A stretch of DNA of 54,837 bases, the filler included. It is 4 parts of 4 records of this genome, joined end to end, with 100 filler letters (N's around TTAATTAATTAA, not from the genome) between each part and the next. Parts side by side here need not be neighbours in the genome. Positions count along the whole stretch, not along the records: positions 9,190 to 33,069 come from SRR33789315_133; positions 33,170 to 48,690 come from SRR33789315_136; 2 more parts are not named here. One strand, given 5' to 3'. Positions 28,792 to 39,426 of this stretch are shown piece after piece. Both the position numbers and the translations under genes were made by a program. Below the pieces are notes generated by a model. That model was given only the letters and a program-made list of their open reading frames with translations, was not told the origin of the DNA and did not search any database. The number at the start of each line of letters is the position of its first letter. The stretch's first letter is position 1.

Positions 28792-29866
28792 AGACTATGT
28801 CACTTAACTCATGGGGAATACGGATATGTACTTTTATACCACTTGGTTTATTTTGGGCAATAACAAAGGAAAAATTATCCTCATAAAGTGATTGCAGTCT
28901 TTCTCGAATATTAGTCAATCCAACCCCATTTGTTCTAAATAACTCACCTTCTTTTATACGCGTAATCGGGCCATTATCAGCGACTTCTAAAATTAAATCG
29001 CTGCCAAATATTCTGGCTGAGATACTAATCTGTCCACCTTCCTGCAATTTTGAAACGGCATATTTAATGGAATTTTCGATCAGTGGTTGTAAAATCAAAC
29101 TAGGAACGAGGGCATGTTGGGCTTTATCATGAATATCCCACTCAACATACAAGCGATCTTCAAATCGTACTTTTTCAATTTCTAAATAAAGTTCTAATGC
29201 CTCGATTTCTTGTTTAAGAGGCACGCGTTTTATCGGATCTTTATCCAAAGAATAACGCAAAAAGTCACTCAATCGGGCGACCATGGCCTCAGCTGTTTTA
29301 TTTTCTTTCATCAATATGAGGGTAGATATCGCGTTTAGTGTATTAAACAAAAAATGAGGATTAAGCTGATACCTCAGCATTTTTATGTGCGCTTGATGCG
29401 CCATAGACGAGGCTTTAAGTACATTTTGTTTTTCTTTAAGCAGCATCTGATAGTTTTTGATGCCAAAATAAGCGCCAGTCCAACAGCCGATCACAATTAA
29501 AGCATCAACCGTGTTATAGAGATACATATACCACTCTTCTGGTCGAAAGCCCTTTTTGTATATTTCCCAATTATTGACATTTCGAACCACGGCCCACGCT
29601 AAGGCAATTAGATACATGCTGCTCACCACAACAGCGAGCATTTTGAGGGGACTCATAGTCAAAGCCCAGCGATACACATAACGTAATGGAATGGTTAACA
29701 ACCAACCAGCATAGGCGTTGAGTATAATCACAAATACCCAGATGCTGCGCATTTCGGCTAAAAATGAGCCAATATAATAAACAATGGCAAAGCCACACCA
29801 ACCAGCAGTCTGCAAAGTCCAGAACAATCGTTCTCGGCTATCGACCCATTTTTCCCAGTGATACAC
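28781..29866 (-). CDS. LytS/YpdA-type sensor histidine kinase
   Basis: N-terminal TMs; QLNPHFLFNTLN, LQPLIENSIKY and GVGLTNIRERL motifs. Confidence 0.95.
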   Translation of the reverse strand: MYHWEKWVDSRERLFWTLQTAGWCGFAIVYYIGSFLAEMRSIWVFVIILNAYAGWLLTIPLRYVYRWALTMSPLKMLAVVVSSMYLIALAWAVVRNVNNWEIYKKGFRPEEWYMYLYNTVDALIVIGCWTGAYFGIKNYQMLLKEKQNVLKASSMAHQAHIKMLRYQLNPHFLFNTLNAISTLILMKENKTAEAMVARLSDFLRYSLDKDPIKRVPLKQEIEALELYLEIEKVRFEDRLYVEWDIHDKAQHALVPSLILQPLIENSIKYAVSKLQEGGQISISARIFGSDLILEVADNGPITRIKEGELFRTNGVGLTNIRERLQSLYEDNFSFVIAQNKPSGIKVHIRIPHELSDIVCED

Positions 29867-30004
29867 AGCTTACCTATAGATATTTAGTCGTTCAACAGAT
29901 TATACAAAATTACTGCTGACCATATACAAGCTTAGTCTGACAGGACTGGCAATTGGTCGCAAAATTGTAAATAAGGCGCCTTCAAATAGTGACTTCCCAC
30001 AAAA

Positions 30005-30466
30005 TTAATAATTAATGTTTAGGCGTTTAAGCCAATGTGCCCACCACCACGCTGGACCAATCAATAAAAACTGTATGTCTTTAAAGAAGCTGGGCTTTTT
30101 ACCCTCAATAACATGTCCGACGAACTGCAAAATCCACATAACCACAAACATTGCTATACAAAATTGCCACACAGAAATAGATAAAGCTTCAAGTAATTTA
30201 ATTCCAAAAAAAGAAACAATCGTCAATAAGGTCATAGCAGCGCCAATGGGGCCGGATAGTTTAAAGTAGTAATAAAGCGTGGGTATCACCAAGACATGTG
30301 CCCAAGTTAACTGAAAATAATCTAAAAAATTAGGAGTTGGTATAGACCAAATCAAACCAAGTGTGACAAAGTAAATCGCAGGTACCGCTATGGTATGAAT
30401 TACTATATTTGCTTTGTTTTTATGACTTTCACTGTATTCATTCATTAAAAATTCAATTTGGCGCAT
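30005..30466 (-). CDS. DUF962/Mpo1-like membrane protein
   Basis: YSESH..N..IH...VP, QFVGH.IEGKKPSF and LLIGP motifs. Confidence 0.9.
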   Translation of the reverse strand: MRQIEFLMNEYSESHKNKANIVIHTIAVPAIYFVTLGLIWSIPTPNFLDYFQLTWAHVLVIPTLYYYFKLSGPIGAAMTLLTIVSFFGIKLLEALSISVWQFCIAMFVVMWILQFVGHVIEGKKPSFFKDIQFLLIGPAWWWAHWLKRLNINY

Positions 30467-30717
30467 GTTAACTCCTCGCTATTTATTTTAACCTAAATTT
30501 AACAAACGTAACTGATTGCAGCAAGCTATTGCTTGCTTCGAACCCCACAATAGCCCAAATATAGTCTTTTACTGTAGAAAATATAAAATTAAGCTCAAAG
30601 CACTTTGTTCATCTCTGCTGACCGGTATCAAGGTAATGGGTTATTTTGCATAGGCTTGCACTTCTTTGAAATAAACCTGATCATTAATTAACGCAGTTTA
30701 ATTATTAAGAATGTTTT

Positions 30718-32517
30718 ATGCCATTAGCTAACTTTCCAATTCATTACGACATCACTCTGACCTCAATTGCAGGCCACTTATTCGAGGTAAAACTAAGTAT
30801 CTTAAATCCTAGTATTAAAGGTCAAATTCTGACCTTACCATCTTGGATCCCGGGCAGCTATATGATTAGAGATTTTGCAAAACATATTGTTCGCCTAAAG
30901 GCGTTTACCCAAGATAATCTTCCTTTGAAAGCCATTAAACTGGACAAACAGACCTGGCAAATAGAGCCCAGTAAAGAACCTATTTTTATTAGTTACCAAA
31001 TTTATGCCTATGATTTGTCAGTTAGAGCGGCTTATATCAATGACCAATTTGGTTTTTTTAATGGCTCAAACGTATTTTTAGAGCTTGAAGGACAATCACA
31101 CCAGCCCTGCTCTCTTTCGATCACTCAGCAGCCCTTTGCTAGTAGTGAATGCAAAATAGCGACAACGATGCCGTTATTAACTCAAGCAGTCAGCAGCTCT
31201 GACAATCATCATTTTCAAGCAAGTAATTATGCAGAATTAATCGATCATCCAGTACTAATAGGAAAATTTGATTCGCAGTTGTTTATGGTTGAAGGCGTGG
31301 AATTTGAGTTAGTGCTTGCGGGAGGACACCAAAGTGACATGAGCAGATTGGTCCGTGATCTAACCATAATTTGCCAGCAACATTTCAAACTGTTTGCAGA
31401 CCAAAGTCCTATTAAACGCTATCTGTTCATCACGATGCTGACCGACTCGGCTTATGGTGGCTTAGAACATCGTTCATCTACAGCCCTCATGTTTGCTCGT
31501 AATGATTTACCTTCATTTGACGAACCCGAATCACCAAGCGAGGGTTATCGTACCTTTTTAAGTCTTTGTAGCCATGAACTGTTGCATACTTGGCATGTAA
31601 AGCGGATCAAGCCAACTGAGCTTGCCAACGGCAATCTTTTAAGTGAAACCTATACAGAGCAATTGTGGATATACGAAGGGTTCACCAGCTATTACGATGA
31701 TCTATTTTTGCAGCGCGCTAAGGTCATTAGTGTCGAAGATTACCTAATGATTATGGGACAAAACCTCACGAGACTAGAACGTAATAAAGGAAGACTTAAA
31801 CAATCAGTGACCGAGTCTAGTTTTGATGCTTGGACAAAATTTTATAAACAAGACGAAGGGGCAATAAACAACATTGTCAGTTATTACAATAAGGGAGCAA
31901 TCATTACTATGTGTCTTGATTTATCCATTCGTTTAGCTTCAAAGCACAACTTATCCTTGGATGATGTGATGCGTCGTTTGTGGCAGCAGTTTGGTAAAAC
32001 AGATGTCCCTACTCCTAAATCGGTTATCCACGATATATTAAATGAACTACAACTTGACCTGTCGGTGTTTTTAAATAGCGCAATTTATTCCACTGACGAA
32101 TTACCCATTAAAGAATTACTCAGTAAGTTTGGTATCACTGTTCACCAACGAGCCCGTGCTGACAATAATGACAAAGGCGGAGAAAATGCGCAAAAAGTCG
32201 TCAAACATGATTTTGGTGCACAGTTTAAAGTCAAAGAAATTGGCGTAGAAATACAACAGGTATCAGAAAATTCGGCGGCTTATAATGCCGGTATTATAGT
32301 TGGAGATATCATTATTGCTTTGGGAGAATGGCAAGTAACACCAACGACCTTGCTACCATTAATATCTAAACTTCAAACCTATGAGTCGGTTGACGTGTTT
32401 GTACTGCGCGATAAAAGACTGGTAAAACTCCAATATACTGCGACACCAGCGCCTCTAGATACCTTATATTTAACTATCAAGGATAAAACACTCACAGAAA
32501 AATGGTTAAAAAAATGA
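30718..32517 (+). CDS. M61 family metallopeptidase with C-terminal PDZ
   Basis: LPSWIPGSY, GGLEH, HELLHTW, WIYEGFTSYY and SYYNKG motifs. Confidence 0.93.
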   Translation: MPLANFPIHYDITLTSIAGHLFEVKLSILNPSIKGQILTLPSWIPGSYMIRDFAKHIVRLKAFTQDNLPLKAIKLDKQTWQIEPSKEPIFISYQIYAYDLSVRAAYINDQFGFFNGSNVFLELEGQSHQPCSLSITQQPFASSECKIATTMPLLTQAVSSSDNHHFQASNYAELIDHPVLIGKFDSQLFMVEGVEFELVLAGGHQSDMSRLVRDLTIICQQHFKLFADQSPIKRYLFITMLTDSAYGGLEHRSSTALMFARNDLPSFDEPESPSEGYRTFLSLCSHELLHTWHVKRIKPTELANGNLLSETYTEQLWIYEGFTSYYDDLFLQRAKVISVEDYLMIMGQNLTRLERNKGRLKQSVTESSFDAWTKFYKQDEGAINNIVSYYNKGAIITMCLDLSIRLASKHNLSLDDVMRRLWQQFGKTDVPTPKSVIHDILNELQLDLSVFLNSAIYSTDELPIKELLSKFGITVHQRARADNNDKGGENAQKVVKHDFGAQFKVKEIGVEIQQVSENSAAYNAGIIVGDIIIALGEWQVTPTTLLPLISKLQTYESVDVFVLRDKRLVKLQYTATPAPLDTLYLTIKDKTLTEKWLKK

Positions 32518-32556
32518 AGTCCCTTAAAAAATAAATAAATGCTATTCACAGAATTA

Positions 32557-32590
32557 TTAGCCCGAATAACGAATGCTACATTCGGGCTAA
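32557..32590. terminator. stem-loop downstream of the M61 gene (putative terminator)
   Basis: TTAGCCCGAAT / ATTCGGGCTAA, 11-bp perfect stem. Confidence 0.55.
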
Positions 32591-32694
32591 ATTATTGAAT
32601 AACAAAGCTTCCCGAATAAAAACACATGACACTCAGAATCACTGTTTATCCCATTGATATTAAAACTAAAGATTCCCATAATGTAAAAAATCAA

Positions 32695-33024
32695 TGAAAA
32701 CGTTTCAAACACATCACTCAAAAACATTCAAAACAAACATAAAACATATTTTTAACAAAATAGAGTCATAATATTGATAATTACTGCCAAATTGGTTACA
32801 TTCATACCGTCTTAATGTTAAAAATCATCCCTACAACGGCCAAAAACAAATTGCAGCGACATAAAAAAGACAAAGTTAAGGTCAAAAAATAACAAATAAC
32901 GTTAAACAAATGTTAAAATTAAGTACATTAATTTGTTGACACATCGTTAACATCATAATATTTTATGAAAACGTTTACAGCATGATGTTCATTGGATTTT
33001 TATGCATTTTTGTAAACGTCTCAA
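32695..33024 (+). promoter_or_regulatory. three LacI-family-like operators around a sigma70 promoter; gene start (ATG 33066) cut by gap
   Basis: TGAAAACGTTTCAA (32695), TGAAAACGTTTACA (32966), TGTAAACGTCTCAA (33011); TTGACA (32936)-17 bp-TATTTT. Confidence 0.6.
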
Positions 33025-33069
33025 TTTTTGATTCTATACACAGAAACACAAAAGGCCAGAACACTATGA

Positions 33070-33169
33070 NNNNNNNNNNNNNNNNNNNNNNNNNNNNNNN
33101 NNNNNNNNNNNNNTTAATTAATTAANNNNNNNNNNNNNNNNNNNNNNNNNNNNNNNNNNNNNNNNNNNN
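33070..33169. other. artificial contig linker
   Basis: N44-TTAATTAATTAA-N44. Confidence 0.97.
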
Positions 33170-33311
33170 AATTTGCCGTATAGACGTCTATATGTCAACC
33201 GGCAATCCTAGATCTTTGGTTATTAATTATGCTTGTTTTGTTACAAGCTTATTTATCAAGCAAAACAAGAGATATGAAGAGCTATTTAGAATAGCCTGAG
33301 AGCGTAATGAA

Positions 33312-34361
33312 TTAACCTGCAATATTTGACAAATACTCCATTAGGTTCAATTGCAAAATAATCGCTTCACTACTGGCAAGTCGTTGTCTAAACTCCTGCG
33401 CTTTGCTCTCTTTAATTGACAAATTCGCGGGTGTAGACGCTGCATCTAAGTGAGTGAAATATTTAATGTTAGCGGAGAAAGTTTCTAGTTCATCTAATAA
33501 GCCTAATAAGCGAGTATCTTGCTGCGCTAAACAAGCGAGTGTTTGAGTCAAGGCCGAAAATAATTCAGTTGCGGTAACACTAATAATCTCTGTACCGGTG
33601 TTCTCAAGGGCAAGCGTCATACGTTGCCACACTTTAAGATGATGCGTTAAGGACGATAACAAAGCGGCCTGTTTGTCTTCAGAAACCAAGTCAAAAGGTA
33701 TGACTGTCATCTTTTTAGGACTAGCAACCTGACTTTCCATTAATTGATAACCGCGAGCGGCTTTGCTTAATAAGCCAATCTTAGTTGGAATACAGGCGCA
33801 AACTTTACGAGCCAAATCAAAAATGTCAGCGACCTTACCTTTTTTCAACTCCAGCTCTAGCTCATTTATCGGCGCAATATGGTCGCCAGCAATGACATTG
33901 CCGTTGTCCCAAACCAACTCTATTTGTGCACCATTAATAAACTCAAGTAGATAAACTTTGCGGGTAAATTGGGTTGAAAACTGACATAACAACGTTGCCT
34001 GAGCTTGCGTGACATCAAAATCTTGGGGCCAAATATCTCTAGGAAATAAGCTTAAATCCGGTTTTATTTGGCCATCAACAAGAATACTGCCAAGTTGCAC
34101 GTTATATTCTAGCCGTTGTTGTAAGCCGGCTAAGCCTGTCCCTGCTGTTTTTATCGTTTGCTCAAAACGATCTTGACACCCTCTAATCCGCAAACCCATA
34201 CGTTTTTTTCTAAAATCATTGCTTAATGTATCAAAATAGCTATTACTTAGAATTAAGGTTTGTTGTTTTACGTTTGCCTCTAATTTAGGCAATACTAATG
34301 CGTCAATTAATGGCCCGACCTCACCTGAGGTCAATAATTTTAACTCAATTTCAAGTTCCAT
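33312..34361 (-). CDS. ygiF: CYTH-domain inorganic triphosphatase (YgiF-like)
   Basis: EIELKL, YFDT, GLRIR, QTIK, ELELELK and SKAARGY motifs. Confidence 0.85.
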   Translation of the reverse strand: MELEIELKLLTSGEVGPLIDALVLPKLEANVKQQTLILSNSYFDTLSNDFRKKRMGLRIRGCQDRFEQTIKTAGTGLAGLQQRLEYNVQLGSILVDGQIKPDLSLFPRDIWPQDFDVTQAQATLLCQFSTQFTRKVYLLEFINGAQIELVWDNGNVIAGDHIAPINELELELKKGKVADIFDLARKVCACIPTKIGLLSKAARGYQLMESQVASPKKMTVIPFDLVSEDKQAALLSSLTHHLKVWQRMTLALENTGTEIISVTATELFSALTQTLACLAQQDTRLLGLLDELETFSANIKYFTHLDAASTPANLSIKESKAQEFRQRLASSEAIILQLNLMEYLSNIAG

Positions 34362-34542
34362 ATTTTTTTCCTGTTAATGCCAGCCATTAAAACGCAAAGA
34401 GAGGCAATGTGAACTCACTGATATATTGACGAATCAAGCTCGCATATTTAATGTTCTAGTCATAGAATTTGATTGTTAGCTTGCCTTTCCCATTAGCAGG
34501 CAATACCATTTAAGCCACATTATATAGGTAAGTTTTGAGATT

Positions 34543-35151
34543 ATGCGCAGGCACATTATTTTATTTTCGGTATTTATTTTCTCTTTTATCAGCGCCAATT
34601 ACGCGGTAGCCCAAGAACCCAACGATAGTGACGGTGAAATCCGTTATATTTCTGATGATTTATTTACCTTTTTACATGCCGGTCCTGGCCGTAATTACCG
34701 GATACTAGGATCAGTGGTGGCAGGTAGCCGTGTGACCTTGCTACAGGTTGATGAAGAGAACGAATTTGTAGAAGTGATTGATGACAAACAACGTACTGGA
34801 TGGGTGCAAGCGGAATTTATTAGTAAAACCCGCAGCGTACGAGAGCTCGTTCCCGGTTTGCAATCTGAATTGCAAAAAGCCAATGTAACAATCGCACAAC
34901 TAGAAACAGACAATGATTTACTCAATCAAAGAATTGCTGATTTAAGTTCGCAAACTTCGGTTTTTAATCAAAAACTCGCTGAACTAGAAAGTGAAAATAA
35001 GCAAATTAGCGCAGAACTAGAAAATCATGATCAATCAGCTCAAATTGAATGGTTTACTCGTGGTGGTATTGTAGCGGTCATCAGCTTGGTGCTGGGTATC
35101 ATTATTACTTATCTGCCTAAAAAACGCAGGCGCAGCGATAACTGGATGTAG
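34543..35151 (+). CDS. ygiM: TIGR04211-family SH3 domain protein
   Basis: RYISDDL..FLHAGPG.NYRI.G; coiled coil; C-terminal TM followed by PKKRRR. Confidence 0.9.
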   Translation: MRRHIILFSVFIFSFISANYAVAQEPNDSDGEIRYISDDLFTFLHAGPGRNYRILGSVVAGSRVTLLQVDEENEFVEVIDDKQRTGWVQAEFISKTRSVRELVPGLQSELQKANVTIAQLETDNDLLNQRIADLSSQTSVFNQKLAELESENKQISAELENHDQSAQIEWFTRGGIVAVISLVLGIIITYLPKKRRRSDNWM

Positions 35152-35160
35152 AAATGATGA

Positions 35161-35188
35161 GCGAAACGCCTAGAGTTTGGCGTTTCGC
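35161..35188. terminator. stem-loop between convergent genes
   Basis: GCGAAACGCC-8 nt-GGCGTTTCGC perfect stem. Confidence 0.7.
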
Positions 35189-35202
35189 CTTATCAAATCT
35201 CC

Positions 35203-35556
35203 CTAAGAAGCGAGTTTAATCTCAATATGCTTTAATTCACGCATCAATGATGCGCGATTCATTTCCATAAACAGCCAATTTTTTATTGCGACTTGAAATT
35301 GCAGCGTCACGATTAAACAAACTCCCCAAAAAACCTGTTGATTAATTTCTTTTGCTATAAAAAATTGAAAGCCAGACCAGAACATTAAGCCCGCGGTGAT
35401 GAAAGCCAATGCATTTACGAACCACACCCAGCGACGCATCCCACCTCGATAAATGGGTAGCAAGCGACTAAACAAACCTTTGTTATCGACTAACATAGGT
35501 TCGAGACGTTTAGCCTCAGTTTCAAGGGCCTGAGTAATTTTATCGTCTATATTCAT
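35203..35556 (-). CDS. small 2-TM protein (DUF6768-like), putative anti-sigma factor
   Basis: MNIDDKI..AL; two TMs; K.W..MEMNR.S..RELK..E; overlaps the ECF sigma stop. Confidence 0.7.
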   Translation of the reverse strand: MNIDDKITQALETEAKRLEPMLVDNKGLFSRLLPIYRGGMRRWVWFVNALAFITAGLMFWSGFQFFIAKEINQQVFWGVCLIVTLQFQVAIKNWLFMEMNRASLMRELKHIEIKLAS

Positions 35557-36074
35557 TGTTCATTCTCCAATACAATTTTTAATTTAGTTCTGGCACGATA
35601 TAACCGTGTTTTGACTGTGCCAACCGGCACCTCCTGAATCAATGCAATGTCAAGCAAAGACAATTGCGCAAAATAGAATAAATAGATTGCCTGATACTCA
35701 TCCGCAGGTAAGCTGGCTATTGCTGCATTTAAGTCGCCGTTCGAATCTGTTTGATCTTCAGCAATGTCTTCTACCCCTTGCTCAGCATAACGACTTAAAT
35801 TAATTTGTTGTTGTCTCAACAAATCTATGGATGCCCATCTTACTGCTCTGTATAACCAGCTTCTGAACAGCCTTGGATTCTTTAACTCGGTAATATGACT
35901 GACTACCTTTAACCAAGCAGTTTGAGTGGCATCTTGGGCCAAACTTAATTCCTTGGTCAGTCTATAAGCAAATTGCAATAAAGCGGGATTAAGATGGCTA
36001 AACAAGGTCAATAAAGCTCGCTCATCCCCTTGTTGCGCCATTATCACTAACATGTCTAATTCGGCTTGTTGCAT
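35553..36074 (-). CDS. ECF RNA polymerase sigma factor
   Basis: GDERA, AQDATQ..W, FRSWLYR, VPVGTVKTRLYRAR motifs. Confidence 0.92.
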   Translation of the reverse strand: MQQAELDMLVIMAQQGDERALLTLFSHLNPALLQFAYRLTKELSLAQDATQTAWLKVVSHITELKNPRLFRSWLYRAVRWASIDLLRQQQINLSRYAEQGVEDIAEDQTDSNGDLNAAIASLPADEYQAIYLFYFAQLSLLDIALIQEVPVGTVKTRLYRARTKLKIVLENEQ

Positions 36075-36099
36075 CAATTTTCCTCTTTGCCCTTTTAAA

Positions 36100-36124
36100 G
36101 ACGAAGCAATTACAACAAAGGTTC
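36100..36124 (-). promoter_or_regulatory. putative autoregulatory ECF promoter
   Basis: Minus strand GAAC-N17-CGTC, ending about 25 bp upstream of the sigma start. Confidence 0.6.
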
Positions 36125-36228
36125 TTGTGTATAAAAATTTAGTTTGATACCAATCCTAAATTGCTAAATTGACAACAAAGCAGGCTTAAGTAAAGCTAGC
36201 TGGTGTTTGCAACATTATCTGTTTACGA

Positions 36229-36885
36229 GTGACTATGCCCTCTTTTGAAACCTTTATTACCTTTAGTTTATCTGCTTTTCTGTTATGTATTGCTCCTGGT
36301 CCTTCAAATTTGTATGTTATGGCACGCAGCATCAGCCAAGGACATGGTGCAGGTATCACAGCAGCATCCGGTATGGCTGTAGGATCGTTTACTTATGTTA
36401 TCGCCAGTGCTTTTGGCTTGGCCGCAGTGTTCCTCTACTCACCTTGGGCTTATACTGCAATTAAGTTGATAGGGGCGGCGTACTTGCTTTACTTATCTAT
36501 GCACTATTTTAAGCTCGCTCAATATTCAAATAACCCTTTGCAAAGTGTTGCTCAACTAAACAAAAAGACTATTTTCAAGCAAAGCTTATTTGTTGAGTTA
36601 ACCAATCCCAAAACAGCCTTATTTTTTATCGCCTTTTTGCCCTTATTTACCGATCCGAAAATGGGTAATTTGAGTCAACAGCTACTTATTTTAGGAGCGA
36701 TTTACGCAGTAATAGGATTTTTCAGCGATACCTTGGTCGCTACTTTAGCAAGTAAAATAGGCCATTGGATGAAAGCAAACCCTAAATCTGCTGCTTGGCA
36801 AAATCGCTTATCCGCGAGCTTGTTATTCGCTATTGGGGGCTTTATTGTATATGAAGAATTTTGGCTTTTAACAAGTGCCAGTTAA
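36229..36885 (+). CDS. LysE/RhtB-family translocator
   Basis: APGPS, GAAYL and LTNPKTALFF motifs. Confidence 0.93.
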   Translation: MTMPSFETFITFSLSAFLLCIAPGPSNLYVMARSISQGHGAGITAASGMAVGSFTYVIASAFGLAAVFLYSPWAYTAIKLIGAAYLLYLSMHYFKLAQYSNNPLQSVAQLNKKTIFKQSLFVELTNPKTALFFIAFLPLFTDPKMGNLSQQLLILGAIYAVIGFFSDTLVATLASKIGHWMKANPKSAAWQNRLSASLLFAIGGFIVYEEFWLLTSAS

Positions 36886-36920
36886 ACTGGACAATTTTAA
36901 GTGTAAACAAGGAATAAACA

Positions 36921-37424
36921 ATGGGCTCTCTAGTAAAGCTGTTAAAAGCACTCAATTCAGATGCCAGTCCATGGCAGTTGGCCTGTGGCTTTACCTTAGG
37001 CATGATAATGGGTTTAACCCCCTTATTCGGTCTGCATTCGTTAATATTGCTATTTGTCGTGCTGTTCTTCAGGGTTAATTTATCGGCATTTATTTTAGCT
37101 TGGGGCTTATTTGCTATTGTAGCGTTACCTCTTGATTATCTTATGGCGACATTGGGAGAATTGTTGTTAACACAGGAAAGCCTAATACCTATTTGGACCA
37201 AGATGTACAGCACAACCTTTGGTCAATTGACGCAGTTTTATCATACCTTAACGTTAGGCAGCCTATTGTTTGCATTAATTTTTAGCCCTTTCTTACTTAT
37301 TGCGAGTAAATATTTCATCATTAAATATCGCGAAAAATTCATGCTATGGATCAACAAAATCAAATTAGTGCAGTTTATTAAAGGCACCCATTTCTATCGC
37401 ATTTATCAAGCGATTGGAGAATAA
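36921..37424 (+). CDS. TIGR03546-family membrane protein
   Basis: LLKALNS..SPWQLA, GLTP and RVNL motifs; precedes its usual partner. Confidence 0.85.
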   Translation: MGSLVKLLKALNSDASPWQLACGFTLGMIMGLTPLFGLHSLILLFVVLFFRVNLSAFILAWGLFAIVALPLDYLMATLGELLLTQESLIPIWTKMYSTTFGQLTQFYHTLTLGSLLFALIFSPFLLIASKYFIIKYREKFMLWINKIKLVQFIKGTHFYRIYQAIGE

Positions 37425-37427
37425 AGT

Positions 37428-39188
37428 ATGAAAAACATCATCAGATGGCCCGGTTTAATTGCATTCTTTGTTATAACGGGGACTATCGCTGCGGTAGTTA
37501 TTTTATTTCTCGATTTTTGGCTCAAACTGGCCGCTGAAAGCAGTCTTGAATTAGCCACAGGGGCTGAAGTCAATATTAGCCAAGTTGAACATTCTTTTTC
37601 TCCCTTTGGCCTTAGCTTAATTGGTATTCAACTGACGGATCCCAAGGCTCCTATGAAAAATCAGCTAGAAGCCGACCGTATTAGCGCCAACATTGAGCTT
37701 TCAGCATTACTTTTACGCAAAATTATCATCGATGATCTAACGATAACAGGTGTTCAGTTTGGTACTCAACGTAGTTCAGCGGGAAAAGTGTATCGCTCCG
37801 CTGAATCACAACAATCATCAGCAAAGGCCTTTTTTCCAAACAAAGAAGACTTACCCAGTGTCGATGAAATATTAGCCAAATCGCCTTTGCAGACAAGCAA
37901 AGCAATTGAAGAAGCGCAGGCTGCCTATGCTAAACATAAAGACACCTTAGCCAAACAATATGCAAAATTGCCAAATAAAGACAAACTTGCTGAGTATAAA
38001 AAGCAAATTGCTTCCTTGTCTAAAACGAATTACCAAGATCCTGCCGCGTTGTTAGCCGCTAAAGAAAAGTTCGATTCGCTCAAAGAAGAAATGAAAGCCG
38101 ACAAACAAATACTAAGTGACTTCAAGCAATCTGTTAGTGAAGCCAAACAAGAACTATCGCCCAAAATAGCGCAACTTAAAGTGGCACCGGGTCAAGATTA
38201 TGAGCAATTAAAAGCACTGGTTGCCGGTGACGCAGGAGCGATAAACGATGTAACCACCATGGTATTTGGTGAAAAGGCCGCGCAATGGACTGAATATGGT
38301 CTTGCGGCATTCGATATTGTTGCCCCAATGTTGAATAAAACACAACAACAAACTGAAGAAGCGATGTCTGCAGGTCGTTGGATAAGTTTCAACGACAAAT
38401 CTGGCTTACCAGCGTTGTGGATAAAAAAGGCCGATATTTCACTTAAGTGGAAACAAGAAAACATCCTAAGCCAATGGCAAAATATCACCTATCAACACAA
38501 TATTATTGGCCGTCCTACGGTATATAAAATTGACTCTTCAGCCAGCAGTTTATGGCAATCTTTAAAGCTAAATGGGGATTTTTGGTTAAGAGACAGCGGA
38601 ATTAAAGCTCAACAAAATTGGCGCTTATCAGCTTTAAAACTTGATGATATTGAACTCGTTGACCAAGAAAAACTCAGCGGTAAACTGCTTAAGGGACTTC
38701 TTTCAAGTAATGGCGACGTTAGCGTTGAGAACAACGTGGTAAGTGGAGTCGGTATTATTGAACTAGCGGGGTTAACGCTGCAATCAGAAGGCAGCAATAA
38801 GATGACCAAGATTATTGCTGACACCTTAAATCAACTCAAGGCTCTGACTATTAATACCGATGTAAGGGGTGCGATAGGTGAACTAGACTTGTCATTCAGT
38901 TCTGACCTCAACCAGCAACTTGGTAGCGCCCTATTAGCCAATGTTGGTAAAGAAGAGCAAGGTAAACTCGACCAATTAAAAAGCAAGCTCAATGCACAAA
39001 TGCAAAAGGCGCTAGGAACCCAAGATACTCAGTTAAGCGAATGGCTTGATTGGGAGAAGCTGGCTGAAGGTGACATGAATAGCTTAGAAGATATGCTCAA
39101 TTCAAAAATGAACAGTGTTGTCGACAATAAAAAACAAGAACTTAGCGACAAGCTAAAAGAGAAGTTAAAAGGTAAATTATTTAATTAG
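37428..39188 (+). CDS. TIGR03545-family protein (AsmA-like)
   Basis: IRWPGLIAF, GAEVNI and QLTDP motifs; coiled-coil centre. Confidence 0.85.
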   Translation: MKNIIRWPGLIAFFVITGTIAAVVILFLDFWLKLAAESSLELATGAEVNISQVEHSFSPFGLSLIGIQLTDPKAPMKNQLEADRISANIELSALLLRKIIIDDLTITGVQFGTQRSSAGKVYRSAESQQSSAKAFFPNKEDLPSVDEILAKSPLQTSKAIEEAQAAYAKHKDTLAKQYAKLPNKDKLAEYKKQIASLSKTNYQDPAALLAAKEKFDSLKEEMKADKQILSDFKQSVSEAKQELSPKIAQLKVAPGQDYEQLKALVAGDAGAINDVTTMVFGEKAAQWTEYGLAAFDIVAPMLNKTQQQTEEAMSAGRWISFNDKSGLPALWIKKADISLKWKQENILSQWQNITYQHNIIGRPTVYKIDSSASSLWQSLKLNGDFWLRDSGIKAQQNWRLSALKLDDIELVDQEKLSGKLLKGLLSSNGDVSVENNVVSGVGIIELAGLTLQSEGSNKMTKIIADTLNQLKALTINTDVRGAIGELDLSFSSDLNQQLGSALLANVGKEEQGKLDQLKSKLNAQMQKALGTQDTQLSEWLDWEKLAEGDMNSLEDMLNSKMNSVVDNKKQELSDKLKEKLKGKLFN

Positions 39189-39195
39189 AACCCCA

Positions 39196-39226
39196 CAGTA
39201 GCTTGGTTTCTATAACCAAGCTACTG
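39196..39226. terminator. putative terminator hairpin
   Basis: CAGTAGCTTGGTT-5 nt-AACCAAGCTACTG, 13-bp perfect stem. Confidence 0.65.
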
Positions 39227-39426
39227 AATTGACAAGGGAGTCTGCACCTGGGTTAAAACAATAACTCAGCAGCATATAAACCTACCGTTGTATCAAAATA
39301 ACGAGATAAAAATTCATCAGAATTGAAGTATTTGTATATGACACGCTTATTAGATCGCGTTTAACTGGAGGATTGGACAAAAGCTCGGCATAATACGCCA
39401 ATTAGCTTAACGAGGAGGATACATTT

